Shown: piece after piece, positions 13,141 to 26,859 of the stretch
How positions within the stretch are numbered: position 1 is the stretch's first letter
How the letters are laid out: each line of letters opens with the position of its first letter
From: Ginglymostoma cirratum
Taxonomy: Eukaryota
NCBI GenBank assembly: GCA_024137785.1
Contig: JAHRHZ010000062.1
Location: forward strand, 36,751,424-36,815,423
Reading direction: 5' to 3'
DNA: 64,000 nt
Made by a program: the position numbers and the translations under genes
Notes under the pieces: model-generated
Databases searched by the model: none
Told to the model about the DNA's origin: nothing
What the model saw: the letters and a program-made list of their open reading frames with translations, nothing else

Positions 13141-15443
13141 AAATCCAAGACTGATTTGGAAAGAAGTCTTTCAGCATAAGTTGAATCCCTCATGAATTAA
13201 CTCTGGCAAGCCCAAATTTTAATTGGTAATTAAATTAATCAGAGTTAAGTAAATTTAGTTCACTACCAAATTAACTCTGGCTATTCCAATTTAAGAACTC
13301 ATCAATTTGTTAAACCTGTTCATTTCAGGTGCCCTGAAGAATGTAGATAGGATGTCTAATTGGATGTTTTTGCACTCTGAAATCTATTGTGCCATGGCCC
13401 TGTAACAGAAACAAAGGTAGTGATGAATTAGAAAACAAAATAGAAATGATCAATGCTTTGATGCTGGTGGGACAGGCATTATAAATCCTGATGCTGTCAG
13501 TTCTGGGTAGCCAGTAGAAATGCAGGGATTACTATTTATAGAATGTATTGCTGTGCAAGCCTGTGAAGTCAAAGCTGAACTTTCCTTTAGCTATTTGACT
13601 CTCTGAGGCTGATGTTGAAGATAGCAGGCATCTCAAAAATGCATGCCTCTGATCGCTTATAACCAATACTCCGACTGGTTGGTCTCAAGTGCTACTGGAC
13701 CACCTTGAAATAATCTTATCAGAAATCGAAAAAACGGCTATACAACATTCCAACACATTAACTGTTCAAAATGTACAGTCGATTTCTCCATTTCAAACAA
13801 CTGTCCAAGTTTATTCAGCTGGTAGCTGCCACTGAAGGACAGCAGATGCACAAATGATCTGAAAACCCGCTGTGCATCTGGCAGAGTACAGTGGGTTTTT
13901 TTTAAAATTTGTGGCATAAATGCATTAAACGTATGTCTTTTATTTAGTACTCAGATTCCTTACCTTCTGCCGTCAAGAGCTGTCTACCTGAATTTATTTG
14001 TTTTTTTTTAAGAAACCGAGGTCAAGGGCCAATATCCCAGGGCATCCGTAATTTGAAACCAGGAAAGAGATGAATTAAGTAAATCAGAAGGTGGTATTTA
14101 GCAATAGTTAGCTTGCGCTGTAAAAGCTTAAAGATATAGAAGGAAAACAACAGTAAAAAAGTTAATGTTTTCCTCACTAAAATATTTTACAGTGCAGAGG
14201 CTACTCTGTTACTCAGAGATATCATACCCTGATATTTACCAAAGCCTAATCTTGGGTCCTGCTGCAGGTGTGAATTGGTTGCCTTCCTTGTTTCACTGCA
14301 TTAACACAGAAAATGCGCTTGTTCTTCGAGGCTTGTGTTCAAATTAAAGTTGGCATTTTGTTTTCCCATGCAACCCAAGTGAATCCATCCTTAGAAAAGG
14401 ATGGGTGTGAGGGAGAGTGCTAAAATTATCCTCACAGTGTATCAAAATGAAAGAAGCCAGGTTTGAGTTTCTCTTGCTTAATAGAAACTCAACTTTGATC
14501 TTCAGGATGATATGAAAACAGAAATCACTTGCCAAACAGTCAGAGCTTCCCTCTCATGCATGAAAAATATTGTTTTCCCTTTTTTTGTATTTCTTGCAAC
14601 TTAGCCTGATGAGTGCAAGACAAAAATTCTCAATGAAATGTGTCTTTTTCAGCAAATCAAAAATGATGAATTCATTTGAATTCTTCAATGGAGATGAAAT
14701 ATCCCAAAGCACAACTCTAAGAAAAGTATTGAAGTTTTCCTGCTCCCCTGGCTAATACTTATCTTTCAACAAATAACTAAAACTGTAATTTATATCATTG
14801 TTGATTTTGGATAAATTGACCACTGAATTGCCCACATTGAAACAATGACTACTCTTCAAAAAGCAGGACAAAACCAATCTACTCATGACTATCTGCAAAT
14901 GATAGAAAGTATTATTGTTGGCGCAATCAAATAGTTTTGGTTGTGCAAGGACCACTCGGCCCTAGATCTCATGACATGGATAAATAAGCTGAATTCAATA
15001 GGTGAGGTGAATGTGACTCCTTTTGACATCAAGGAGTATTTGAACAAATACGGCATTAGGGAATGTTAATGAAACTGAAATCAATGGCATCAGGAGAACT
15101 CCTCCACTGACTGGAGTTATACTGTACTTAAATGAAGCTGTATGTGTTTTTTGGAGACAAATCATCCCAGGCTCAAGACAACATTGCAGGGATTCCACAG
15201 GGTAATTTCCTAGCAGAACCTCAGCTGCTACATGAATGACAGTCCTTTCATCACAAAAAAGATAGACGTTCATTGATGGTTGCGCAGTTTTTAAATTCCA
15301 TTTGCAACTTCTCAAATATTGAATTAGTCTGTATCTGAACCTAGAAGTACCCGGATAATATTCAAGGTTTGACTAATAATGAGCAATTACCATTCACATT
15401 AAATGTCAGTAAAGCTATCTCAAAGGAAAAAGACATACAATGG

Positions 15444-15541
15444 TTCAATACTGTGTGGAGCTGTGGGAACACAACAGGTCATGCAGCATCAGAACAGCAG
15501 GAAAGTCAATGTTTCAGGTTTACACTCTTCATCAGGACATC
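15444..15541 (-). mobile_element. 98-bp Penelope-tail insertion with decayed hammerhead
   Basis: Perfect 13-bp TSD agacatacaatgg at 15431-15443 and 15542-15554. Minus strand reads ctgatgaagagtgtaaacctgaaacatt. Confidence 0.8.
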
Positions 15542-16075
15542 AGACATACAATGGCATTGCCATCACCAGGCGTGCCTACCTTTAACATTTAGTGAGGGTC
15601 ACCATTGATCAGAAATTTAACTGGACCAACCACATAATTGCTGGGACAACAAGAGCAGGGCAGAGGCTAAGTATTCTAAGTCTCTGAATGATTTACTTCT
15701 TTAATCAACTAGATATATACGGGAAGCAGGAACATAGGTGCACCATCATCTGCACCTATAGTTCCAAGGTCAAATCATCTCAAGTTACGAACGTGTTACT
15801 TTCTTTCAATTTGCTAGGTCAATATCTGGAGTGTCCTACCTAATAACACCGTACGGGAGTACGTTCACTATATGGAATGGAGGTCCACCAATTCGCCTGC
15901 TTCCCTTGTCCATCTAAATGGTAGAGATCTTGGGTTTGGGAGGTACTGTTGGAGATGTCTTCACTTGTTGCTGCACTGCATCTTGTGAATGGTAGGCACT
16001 GCAGCTGATGGTGGACAGAGTGGAGGTTTAAGGTGATGGATGGGGAAACAATCCAAGTGAGCTGCCTTGTCCTGG

Positions 16076-16520
16076 TGGTAATGAAAGCAAAATACTGGAA
16101 ATCGGAAGTGAACACAGAGAAAACTGGAAAAATGCAGCAGGTCTGACAGCATCTGTGGACAGAGAAATAGAGGTAATGCTTTCAGTCCATTATATCTCTT
16201 CTCAAGAACTAAAAGGAATTGGAAAATGGCTTTTGACAGAGGTGAAAGAGGGGTGGAGGTGGGGCAAAGGGAACAGTCAGTAAAAGCCCAGTTCCAAAGA
16301 AAAAGGGTTGTTATAGGTGGTGAAAGAGAAAGAGAAATGTACATTTACACCCATTTTGAACTGGGCATCCGCCATTGCTTCGCTTCACCCCTCCCCTGCC
16401 TTGACAAAGATCTAAAATAAATTTTCCAATCCCTTTCAATTCTGAAGGGTCAGACTGGACTCAAAATGTTAATTCTATTTCTCTCTCCACAGATGCTGCC
16501 AGGCCCAAAACTTTCTGTAT
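16076..16520. mobile_element. Penelope-tail insertion with inverted ends
   Basis: Minus-strand tail at about 16085-16210 and plus-strand tail at about 16435-16515 (ctctccacagatgctgcc). TSD ttgtcctgg at 16067-16075 and 16521-16529. Confidence 0.7.
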
Positions 16521-17470
16521 TTGTCCTGGATGATGTTGATCTTCCTGAGTGTTGTCACAATTGCTCTCTCAGGCCTGTTAAAATGTATTCCATCTCATTG
16601 CTGACTTGTGCTTTCTAGATGGTGGTAGAACCTCCTTCTCAAGGTTCATTAGGGATGGGCAATAAATACTGGCCTTGCCAGTGTCATCCAGATCCTGTGA
16701 TTAAATAAAGTAAAGTGCTCCAACGGCTGTAAAACACCATATCCCAAAGTCATGAAAGGCTTATAAAATGCAGGCTCATTACTTCTTTTGTGGCAACCTA
16801 CACAACTTCTGGGATGATAGAGAGAACCAAAAATATACAAGGAGATGACCGGACAGTGCTATTTGCTCCAAACAGTTTGAGAATGCATGGTTGAATCCAA
16901 TAGCTCCTGCACGTTAATAAAACAAGCATGTGCATTCCATCTGCTTTTTCCATTACCTAATGATACCCTGATCGTAAAGTATAAAACACTCCTGTACCAG
17001 CATTTCCAATCAAGCAGGTAGAATTACTAGATCAATATGACATGCTGTAAATGTCACGTGTACATTTATTAGTGTAGCTGAATATTCAAGGTTGTCTTAC
17101 TTTTTTTTATAAAATCTTACGGTTCTGAATTGTTCAGAAATAAAACTTGTGTAGGCATAAGTACTTTTTCATCTTAACCTACATGCTATGCCTTAGCCAT
17201 TGCATTGTACGTGTAGCTTGATTTCTTATGTATGCCTGGTTTAATGCACGTTAAGTATTTCAGATCCCAGAGAGATCAATTTAAGTTGGGTGAATTGACT
17301 CTTACTTCTAATGCAAAGGGGCTTAGGGTGGAATTCAGCAATGTCATGCTATACCTGGCTGGACATATACATTCCATATGACAATTGTTTATATGATTGC
17401 TCAGTACAATTGTCACCCATTTTATACTTTGCATTTTTGATGCTGGTTCCTTTCTGGTATTTTTTTTCAG

Positions 17471-17503
17471 ACATTCCCACAGCTGCCACCAGCCCTTCTC
17501 TAG
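17471..17503 (+). other. Candidate 33-nt in-frame microexon
   Basis: Long U-rich tract ending tttttttcag, then 33 nt, then CTAG|gtaaca. Phase-1 reading is (D)IPTAATSPSL. No host gene identified. Confidence 0.3.
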
Positions 17504-17889
17504 GTAACAGTCTCTGCCAGACTCCCATTGTGTTTTTCAAAGTGCAATTAAATATCATTGCAATATCAACTAAGGAGAACTGCACTGAGATGTATAAGTC
17601 TAGATTTCCCTCTTCTGCACAAACTTCCATGTTTCCTTCACAGAAATCTCATCACACGTATCAAAGTTCTCCAAGCTAGTGTAAGGAACACCAAACGAAA
17701 GGAAAGCTTGGTGGGTAAATCATGTAATCTAGCCTTGAAATGCAAACACGCACCATCTGCATTTTATATAAAATGAGATGTGTAGTCTACTGAATTATAG
17801 CACTACAATTTTAATCTCACACTCATGGCCTTGAGAATATCTTTTTAAAACTACAAAGTGCTGACTATAGGTAGCTGGAAATAAAAGTC

Positions 17890-18085
17890 TAATGATGATC
17901 ACAAATCCATTGTCAATTGTTAGGGCAAAACCCATCTGCTTCACAAACGTCCCTAACGTAAGGGCACTGTCATCCTTACCTGATCTGGCCTACATAAAAT
18001 TCCAGAGCAACAGCAATATGGTTGACACTCAACTGCCCTCTGGGCAATTAGCCAAAGATTCTCACATCCTATGAATGAATAAGAA
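17890..18085 (+). mobile_element. SINE-like repeat sharing its 3' tail with the CR1-group LINE
   Basis: aaaacccatctgcttcac...tgatctggcctacat is shared with 58385-58560, and the end resembles the LINE tail. Confidence 0.5.
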
Positions 18086-21000
18086 ACACTTTTTTTTTCA
18101 ATATAAGTCCAAAAAGAGTACAAAGGGGCCACAGTTGTACTAAGCATAATCCGTTCACTTTTATGGAAATGTTTAAGACTCAGAATGTCAGCTGAGTTTA
18201 TTTCTTCAATCGTACCACTTAGGAATCACCCACATTGTCGGAAAATCATATGTAATGTCAGCCATCCTGCCCAGAACCTAAGGAGACCTGGTTAGAATTG
18301 AAGACATGTAATTAACCAGACCTGGGGGAATGAATGTGTGCTATGCACTTATGTTTATTTGTCTTCTTTGTCCTTCCTTAATGAAATGAGAATCTCATTT
18401 CATTCATCTTGGAGAGGGAAGTGTCATGACAATGGATAATAACTCTTGATCACCTATGGACATGTCAAGTTTTAGGTACAACATGTGCTTTTGTTAAATA
18501 AAACACATAGATAAAGAGTGACTGCGGATGTGAATCCAAGACTGAATCGAGAGAGATATATTGGAATGTCACACTTGATAAGCTGTCAAAGAATCTTCAA
18601 AAGGAGAAAATGCCCTACAAACTGAGCTTTTAATCGACTGAGAGTATCAATGAAAATGATTAAAAGCAAAACAGATAGAATTCTCGATAAGAAACATACT
18701 TGCATTTCTCCTCTTTCAAAAATGCACAGTGACAGGGCTAAAAGTCAATTTCAGCCCTAGTCTGTGTGAGTTGGTATCCCCTACTTCTTGTACTGTGGAC
18801 TAGTAAGAGGTGAGGGGAACAGCCTCTGCACTGCAGGTGATGTAAGTAAATACTATAGCTCACTCTCAGTGTTATCAGTCATCCACTGACAAAAAGAATT
18901 AGAACAAAAGAGTTTTAATTAATCTATAAAGTCATGGATCTTGAATTGACTGATCAATTATCAACGCCAATGATAACAGTAGTATCCACTGTATCAGCGT
19001 TAGTGTTCAACTATCCACTCCTCACAAACAATTCAGAGAATGATCCATTTTTTAAATTTTCTTTTTTTTGCACTCGATTATTAATTCTGATCTGTGCATA
19101 CATGTGTTGCATCACTATTCCTTCTTGCATTTTGTCATTAATAAACTCATTCTTTGTATTAATTCAAGAAAGTCTGGTAAAATTGGTTCCTTTTACAACA
19201 TTAGATTATTTGGGTCTCGGAGAAAGGTATTCACAAGGGAAGGGATGCCTTTTTAAAATCGAGCGTGACCAACAAAAAGAGTGGATCAATAAGCAAAGGA
19301 ATCTAAGTCACTCTCCTCGGTCTGGAACTAAATAGATTGTGGTATTCCATCTGGAAATGTAATAAATTGGGAACCTGCCTGGGGGCAGGCCATAAAGATT
19401 TGTTGTAAAAATCACTAAGCAACAGCAAGTGGTACCTTGGTGACACCAGGCAACCACAACAGCAAATAAAAACAAATGGTCCTCAGATAGGGAAACCTTG
19501 TCAGAACATAGATACAAGCCTGGATCTGGAGTGAGAAGAGATCTGAGTTTAGCTACAGTAATAGACACCTACTCAAAAAAAACAATAGCCATTAGGGAAA
19601 CTAATTAAAATTAAAATGCAATAAACTTATATTTTGAATGTATTCAAATATTTTAAAACAACTATTCATGGATTTAGGAAGATAATAAGGTTGCTACAAC
19701 ATTTGTTCAGTATAAAATATCAGTGCTAAAGTTTGCTAGAAAATGCATCAAAATGTCAAAATTAAAATTTCCCTGTGGAATGGCAATCTTCTACCACTAA
19801 ATCTCGATACCCTTCTGAATATGTATAAATTTGCCACTGGAAAATTTATATTTCTGTGGATTTTAATCTTTGCCTTATGAAATATCGTTAAATTTAGATT
19901 TCACTGTTGACTTCTATTGAAGGTAATGAGAATAAATACATATACAGGTGTAAAAACAAACCCTGTCAACTTGTTTGTATTTCCACTACAAGACAAAATC
20001 AAAGTCTACCCTTCTAATTGCAATCTATTCGCTATTTTAGTGTTCATTGAATGAATGGTCAGGGGACCCTCCCCAGACAAACACACCAGCGAGGTCCCTC
20101 TTATGTCGCCAGTGACTTACGTGTTGAAAACTAATTAACATATTTCTGTCATCCAGTCTGCTGTCCTCTTGTTGCTGGGCTATTTGAATTTCAGACATTA
20201 CTTCTCTGGTATCAGATCCTGTTCCCTAAAATAGTGTCAACCCCCGCCGTTCCCCCTCACCCCACCCTGAGCTTAACTAATGCTAAGGCTTGTCTTACAG
20301 CCATTGCCAGTGGCTATCCAGGAAAAAGGATGGACAAGAGATTCCTAGGGATTAGAGGATTCATTCTGAAATGAAATGTCTAGGGTTGCAAATAAATGAA
20401 CAGATTATAAGACAACAAGCCTGCCAAGTCAATTGAAACAGAGGCTTAAAGGCTCAATTTCTCAACTGCTGGTATAAAATGGCTTGGTAGAAGTCAAATA
20501 CTACATACACCACCTGATCTATGTTCAACTGCAAGGAATCCAGGCAAACGATCTTAATACTAAATACAACATGGTTTCTGTCCACAGGTTCATGAACCTG
20601 AATTGATGATGGTGACATGAAGCTCAGTTGAGTTCCTCCTTCCGATGACACATTGATTCAGACACTTTTTTTTACTGTAACTGCTTCTTCTGAAGTTACA
20701 GCAGTCTCTGGGCATCCATGTTACTTACCATAAATCACTGAACTTGTTGCTTGTTCAAACTGAAAATACCAAATACTTTTCTATTTTTCCCATCAGGTTC
20801 CATATTAATATGGTCAATCAGAGATTTTCTGAATTATGTCTTCTGACATAAATGATAAAAGCAGGAATTATGTGCACAATCACAACAATGAGACTTGTTT
20901 TTTCCATCCCTGCAGTCTAATTTTTTGAAAATTAAAATGGACAATATGGACTTTATGAGCCTCTCCTCCTCCCCAACCAATTCCTGGGGTTTGAGATCCT

Positions 21001-21204
21001 CTATTTCAATATTGTCTGTCACAACCTGGTGAGGAGGGGTAATTTAACTCCCCTCTTTTTAGCACGGTCTTGGTCAGTCGCAACAAATATTTTTATTTAT
21101 TTTAACATTCCCCTACTTCACATTTCAACTAAAGCATAGTACCAGTCGATATCAAGGAGACAAGTAAAAAATTTTCTTAAGTAAAGATGGAGCAATTTAT
21201 TTGC

Positions 21205-21395
21205 TAAAAGGTAAAGTTGCCATAGACTTACCACACCTTAGGACTGCTTGCTCATTAGAGAGACAACTAATGGTAGGGGAGGGGAAAGATTGAGGAGATT
21301 TCTTCACAGCAACCTCAGTTGGTGTAGGAATTGAACCCATGCTACCAGCATCACTCTACATCAATAATCAGCCATCCAACCAACTGAACTAACCA
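21205..21395 (-). mobile_element. tRNA-derived SINE
   Basis: Minus strand has A box ggttagttcagttgg and B box ggttcaattcc. Related copy at about 58250-58345. Confidence 0.6.
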
Positions 21396-23367
21396 ACATT
21401 CATTACTTACTAACCAAAGAAAACTAATATAATGCAATATATATATATGAACATAACTGTGAGGCTTTTAAAAAAGTGAGATTAATTGGTATAGACAGGA
21501 AGAATAAAAGCTATGCAGTTATGCACTTGAAACCACAATTGTGTAATTTGTGACTAGTAATCTTAACAGAATTGAAATTTATAAAGTTCCTTGAGTGAAT
21601 GGCTTTTTTTTTTGACTTGCTTTTGCACCATGCATTGTTTTTGAGGTGGTCAGGAGGAAACAGGAAGAGGGAGAGACTTCTAGTCCTTGCTTTTACAGAT
21701 CCATATTTCTTTCTCTCTCTGTTGCTGTACTAAGCAGCTACTGAAATATGGTTCATTTGTGTTCTTCTAAGTCTGGCTCCATTATTTTTCCAAGCTCAAC
21801 AGTTGTAGGCAATCTTTTCATGTCTAATATTTATAACATCTCATTCAAGCTTAAGTTAAAACAGGAAATATTAGTTGACTAATGCCTGAACGTTGACTAT
21901 TTTCAATGCAGGTATTTCTCCAATAACATGATGGTTGCGTTCTTGTGTGACCTTGCACTATAGAACATTGCATGATAGGGAAATCGCTATACTATACAAT
22001 AGAAAGTTTGCATTATCCAAACACCGTCCACTATTCATCAAGCATGTTACAGCCAATTCACATTAATGAAATATACATTATAGCAGAAATACCTGTATGT
22101 TTGGATGACATCGTAATTTCAGTTCAGATGGTTTATTTGATTTCACATTGGTTTCCTGAACTCATTCAATCCATCGTTGGGTGATCACTGAAGCAATTTT
22201 AGGTCAGAATTTATCCTTTATCAAAAACCATTTAAATCTATGAACGTTCTCATGTATAACTACCGGATGTTGGAATTTAGAATTTGGTCCATTTTTACCA
22301 GTACCTTAACAGGTCAGAAGTTGCAAGATGATAATTGTATTGATGGAGGCTGCCATTATATTTGTCTAATTCTCCTACGTACAAGGAGACTTTCTTCAAA
22401 TAAAATCTTTCTTCCTTCAGTTGTTGTCGATTCCTTAGCTGGAGGTTGGCTGACCTTTACTATTACACCCATAATACTTCATGAGTGGGCTGAGATCATA
22501 TTTACTCATGGTTTCTTTGAAGTTTAACAGTTGGCTAACAAAACTGAGGACTATTCAATCCCAAAAATCACTCTCATACACAAAGGTATATTCTTATCCA
22601 CTCATTCAAACACAAATAGACTGTCCAAGAGTCGAAAACTATGGTTAGAATTATCTGCTGTAGTCATGTCTCGTCATTGTGCTCATTTACATTGAAAACA
22701 CATATCACTGTCATAACAGTTACAGTACTTTACAATGTAAATTTTTCTTTAAAGATGTCACTTAAGCTCCTCAATCTAACATATATTGCACTTCCATTAT
22801 ATAAGCCTATTGGAGTAGCAGCAGTGCAGACAAACCAACACCTCACAATGTATTGAAGATCCTTCACTAGAATTCATATATATCATCACAGCTCACCATA
22901 CAGCAAAGAATAAAGATGGTAATTTTCAGTAGCTAGCCCCAGAAAAACAAGACTGTTGAGAAGTATGATGGAGGCAGGTTCTTTCGAGGATTTCAAGAGG
23001 ACATTGGATGATTATTTGGATAAAGATAATGTGCAAGGGTACGGGGAAAATACAAGATATTGGCAATAAGTAATGATGCTCATTTAACAAATGAGTGCAG
23101 ATATGATGGGCTGAATGGTTCCTTCAGCACTGTAACATTTCTTTAACTGCACTGTCTGCAAATACATTAGAAACTGCAGTATATCAAGTAAGTTTAAACA
23201 TTTATTTTATGTGGAAAACAGAGAAAACACGCTTCAGTCCCAAATGTGAACAGCACAAGGCATAACATTAACCCATTACCTCCACCAACATGATTAATTT
23301 ATCAGAGAAATTAACTTCTAACTTTAATAGGCAGATTCATACAGTGAGATATTAGCAAGGCAACATG

Positions 23368-23625
23368 TAGAATGATAGAACGCAGAATGATAGAATGATA
23401 GAGCCCCTCCAGTGTGGAAACAGGGCCTTTGGCCCAACAAGTCCACACCGACCCACCGAGCATCTCACCCAGACCCATCCCCTATAACCCACCTAACCTA
23501 CACACCCCTGAACACTATGGGCAATTTAGCACGGCCAATCCACCTAACCCGCACATCTTTGGACTGTGGGAGGAAACCGGAGCACCTGGAGGAAACCCAC
23601 ACAGACACAGGGAGAATGTGCAAAA
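23368..23625 (-). mobile_element. HE1-type V-SINE, 5'-truncated, with tandem (tctatcat)-like tail
   Basis: High similarity to 3870-4095. Tail tagaatgatagaa... at 23368-23402. Confidence 0.9.
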
Positions 23626-24779
23626 TACAAAAGTGAAAACTGCGCTGCACTATCAGAGAAAATTTTGTTCACATTCAAGTAGAAACAGATCATTGATGTT
23701 CACTATTAAACTCATTGAGAACCAGTTTGTACAACATAATATGATTATTTACAAAAGTGAAAATTTGTTAGTACCCAACACAGGAAGCAAATTTTAATCC
23801 AGCCTAAGATTTATACTGAAATGTACTGTGTAGCCCCTTCTACTTTCAATTGTGCCAACACTTGTGTTTGGATTGACAGAGTTTTACAAAATAAACCTAA
23901 AATGACATTTTAGAACCATTTCATACACAGGAACATGTAGACAGAAACCTGATAATGTCATCGGCAGGCATCGTCATTTTCAGAATTTACGCAAGTATAT
24001 TAAAGAGGTCATCTCTATTCTGGAAATATACTCTGTGTGCTAACACTGAAGATTCCTTAGGTCAGTTCTTCCCCACTTCTCAGATAACAGGAAGTAACAT
24101 CTCAGTCAAAGCTATTTAGTCTCACCTCCTTAATTCCTCCTTCATCCTTCTAAGGCTTTCCTTCTTAAAAAAAAAGTAATTTCATTAAAAATAAAAGCAA
24201 GAATACAATCAACTCCTTTTTTTCCAACAATAAATTGTATCAAGGACAAAGAATTTGTGTTTTGTTTTCTATGACAGTTACATTTTAAAGAAGGGAGATT
24301 TGTGATGAGCTGCGGTCTATGTATAGCATCATCAGGACTTGTTTGGTCTCTTCGCAGCTTATCATTACTATCTCCTGAATTGTTATAGAAGATCTTATTT
24401 TCAGTCTATTTATATTTTTCAGAATTCTATTGGTCCGTTAACTATAGTAGAACTTCCTTCTGACCCACAGAGATAAACATCAAAATCAGGACAATAGGAA
24501 AATATTTGGAAATGCCACAATCATGTCATTGATGTCTAAACCTAGGACAATTTCTCTTGAATCCTCTCCAGTGCATCTATTCTTAATATTTGAAATTTCT
24601 TCTTTTTCTGCATGTTCATGTAAACGTCCATTCATCTTTCACTATTTTGTTTCGTGAAGTATTTTAACTTAGCTTCTTACTAACAATGTTTTCCCTTTCT
24701 CTGAGTCAAGTACATTCTCCCTTTATGCCAAATGAGCTCAACAATTCAACCTTCAAGTGCACAATTCACTTTCAGCCCA

Positions 24780-25320
24780 ATAACACATAGAAAGGAGCTG
24801 ATCCTGCATTCAGACCATTGTTTTTGTCCATGATTTAGGATGGGATTATGGCTGATCTATATCCTATGTTTATTTACTTATTTCTGTATTTTCTTACATC
24901 CGTGTCTCAACAAAAGATGATGATCCATTACAAATTTAAGTGCCTTTTTTTTTGTAGGATGAAGTTCCACACTTCTTCTTTACTTTGTCTGAAGAAGCCT
25001 TTCTGAACTTATCTTCTGAATGACCTCACTGCTTTTGAAGATGGTGACTCTTTTTCCCAGACTCCCAGGACAAGAGAAAATGATTGTCTATTTATCTGAT
25101 CAATTCCTTTCAAAATCCTAGGATCCTCCACCAAATAATTGTTTGATCTTCGATATTCTAGGAATAGAGGCTTAGTTTGTGTAATCATGCCTCATAATTT
25201 AATCTGTAGATTCTTGGTAACATTTTAGTGAAACAGTGCTGCACTCTTTCTAAGCTGTGTCCTTTCCAAGGTCCGGTGCCCAAAACTCTACATCGTACCA
25301 GATGTGAATAGGGTCTAGTC
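24780..25320 (-). mobile_element. Old CR1 LINE 3' fragment
   Basis: Diverged CR1-type motifs (gaagttccacac, ggtgcccaaaactctacatcgtacc). Confidence 0.45.
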
Positions 25321-26859
25321 TATAATGTAAGCTTGATGCAGAGACAGGGTTTATCAAAACCAATTTGCATGAGAATGGCTCCTCTGATCAAATTATCACT
25401 CACTGTATATCATGAAAACCCAAGGAGGGGTCCATGGTCACCATTTTAGGCTCTGAATGGTGCCCAGCCTACCTCAGACTACCCTCGAAGAGGAAGATGT
25501 CTCAAAACTTCGAACTACCTGTGAAACAAGCTATCTCAAGCTACTAATTTTGCAGTAAAGACACAAGAAGTAATCTCCACCAAAAGATGCTGCCATCAAG
25601 CCAAGATGATAGTCTGCCTACTAAACAAATGTAATGTGGTACATCAGTTTTGCTGCTGGAATGATGTCAGGTGTGTAGGTCTTATGTCCGAATGGCTAGA
25701 GGACTGTATAAAACAGCATGTCGCTTTAACAATCTATAGCAAGTAGCACGCAGAACATGATCAACCATTGCATACCCGCAAACCGCAGATCTAAGTGTCC
25801 AATACTAGGTGTGATTCTGCGTTTGAATAATATTAAATAATCCTGATTCAGCTAGAAATTACATTGGAAACCAGCTTAAAATCATCAGTCAAACTTGCAG
25901 TGTGGTTAATTTGTGCATGCTAGAAGCTAGATTAATTCACACAGAGGATATAGTTCTTGGTAGACAAAAGGAATATATCCACATATTGCAACTTTTTCAA
26001 TGAGTGAAGGGCTCTAATGATAGCCTATGCAATTCCTTTGGTCATTCCTATGGCAACATTGTGACAATTCAGTTAGTTTGAAGATAAATGAACAAAGTTA
26101 GGAGTTCCTCCAAAACCTTCATGCCAACCATAGTCCAACCAATCAGCCCCCTCTTTTCTTATGGTATAAATTATTGTTTCCTTTATAAAGTTAGCCCTTT
26201 TGCATTTTAGTCCTAATGAGTATAAGATGAACAACTTTGACTTCATGTCTCTTTCTGTCAATACTTAAGTTCAATACAATCAAGCAACTATATGTCACAG
26301 TTCCTTGTAGGATGCCACTAAACAATTCTTTCCAATGCAACCAATCAACCTCTTAAGAAAAAGATTTGTTCAATTCCACAAACCTTCATTTTAGCTAACA
26401 GTTTTGATTTCAACCTTGCACCCCTCCTTCTTCCCACATCAAAAAGTTTATGGCCGGCAGTTTAAAGCATATGAAATAGCTTACACATATTAACATGCTT
26501 TACGACAAGTTATAGCTAGCACTGCTTCCTCAGAATGCCCATAACTAAGATTGCTTTGATTAACTAAACAATCACAAAATCCCAAACAATTTCTAGAAAG
26601 CAACAATTCAACAGGTAGAATATTGAACTATATATCTGAAATAATTACATCTAAATAATGCATTGAATTACATTAGTGCCAAAGGTTAAATTTCTTCACC
26701 CAGACCAGATTCTATTGTGTGTTTAAGTTTGATCTTTAAGGCACAGAAAGCCATTCATGTTCATTAAACTGATTCCTAGTGTCAGAATCAAATTGTATGG
26801 AAAAATTACATTTTGACGTTGAAAGGAGGTGACGAAAAGAGAGTGGTCTTTATTTTCAG

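Larger units (their letters stand above)
15020..16710. mobile_element. Cluster of CR1-group LINE fragments in both orientations, hosting two Penelope-tail insertions
   Basis: Plus-strand RT-region remnants (tttgacatcaaggagtatttgaac; ccattgatcagaaatttaactggacc), an inverted segment at about 15900-16080 and 16520-16630, and the family tail gggatgggcaataaatactggcc at about 16650-16680. Confidence 0.65.

Noticed and set aside
13955-13992. Possible 24-nt minus-strand exon with a strong AG|gtaagg donor
   Set aside because: The acceptor is A-rich with no polypyrimidine tract, and there is no supporting neighbouring exon.
17644-17680. Second possible small plus-strand exon after ttccttcacag
   Set aside because: 37 nt, not frame-preserving, with a weak donor context.
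20440-22530. Coding-like stretches flanking a possible LTR (about 21017-21838)
   Set aside because: No recognisable protein motif in the frames I read, and no TSD for the putative LTR. Needs a database search.
24356-24364. agcttatca matches miR-21 positions 2-10
   Set aside because: The rest of the sequence and the hairpin geometry do not match mir-21.
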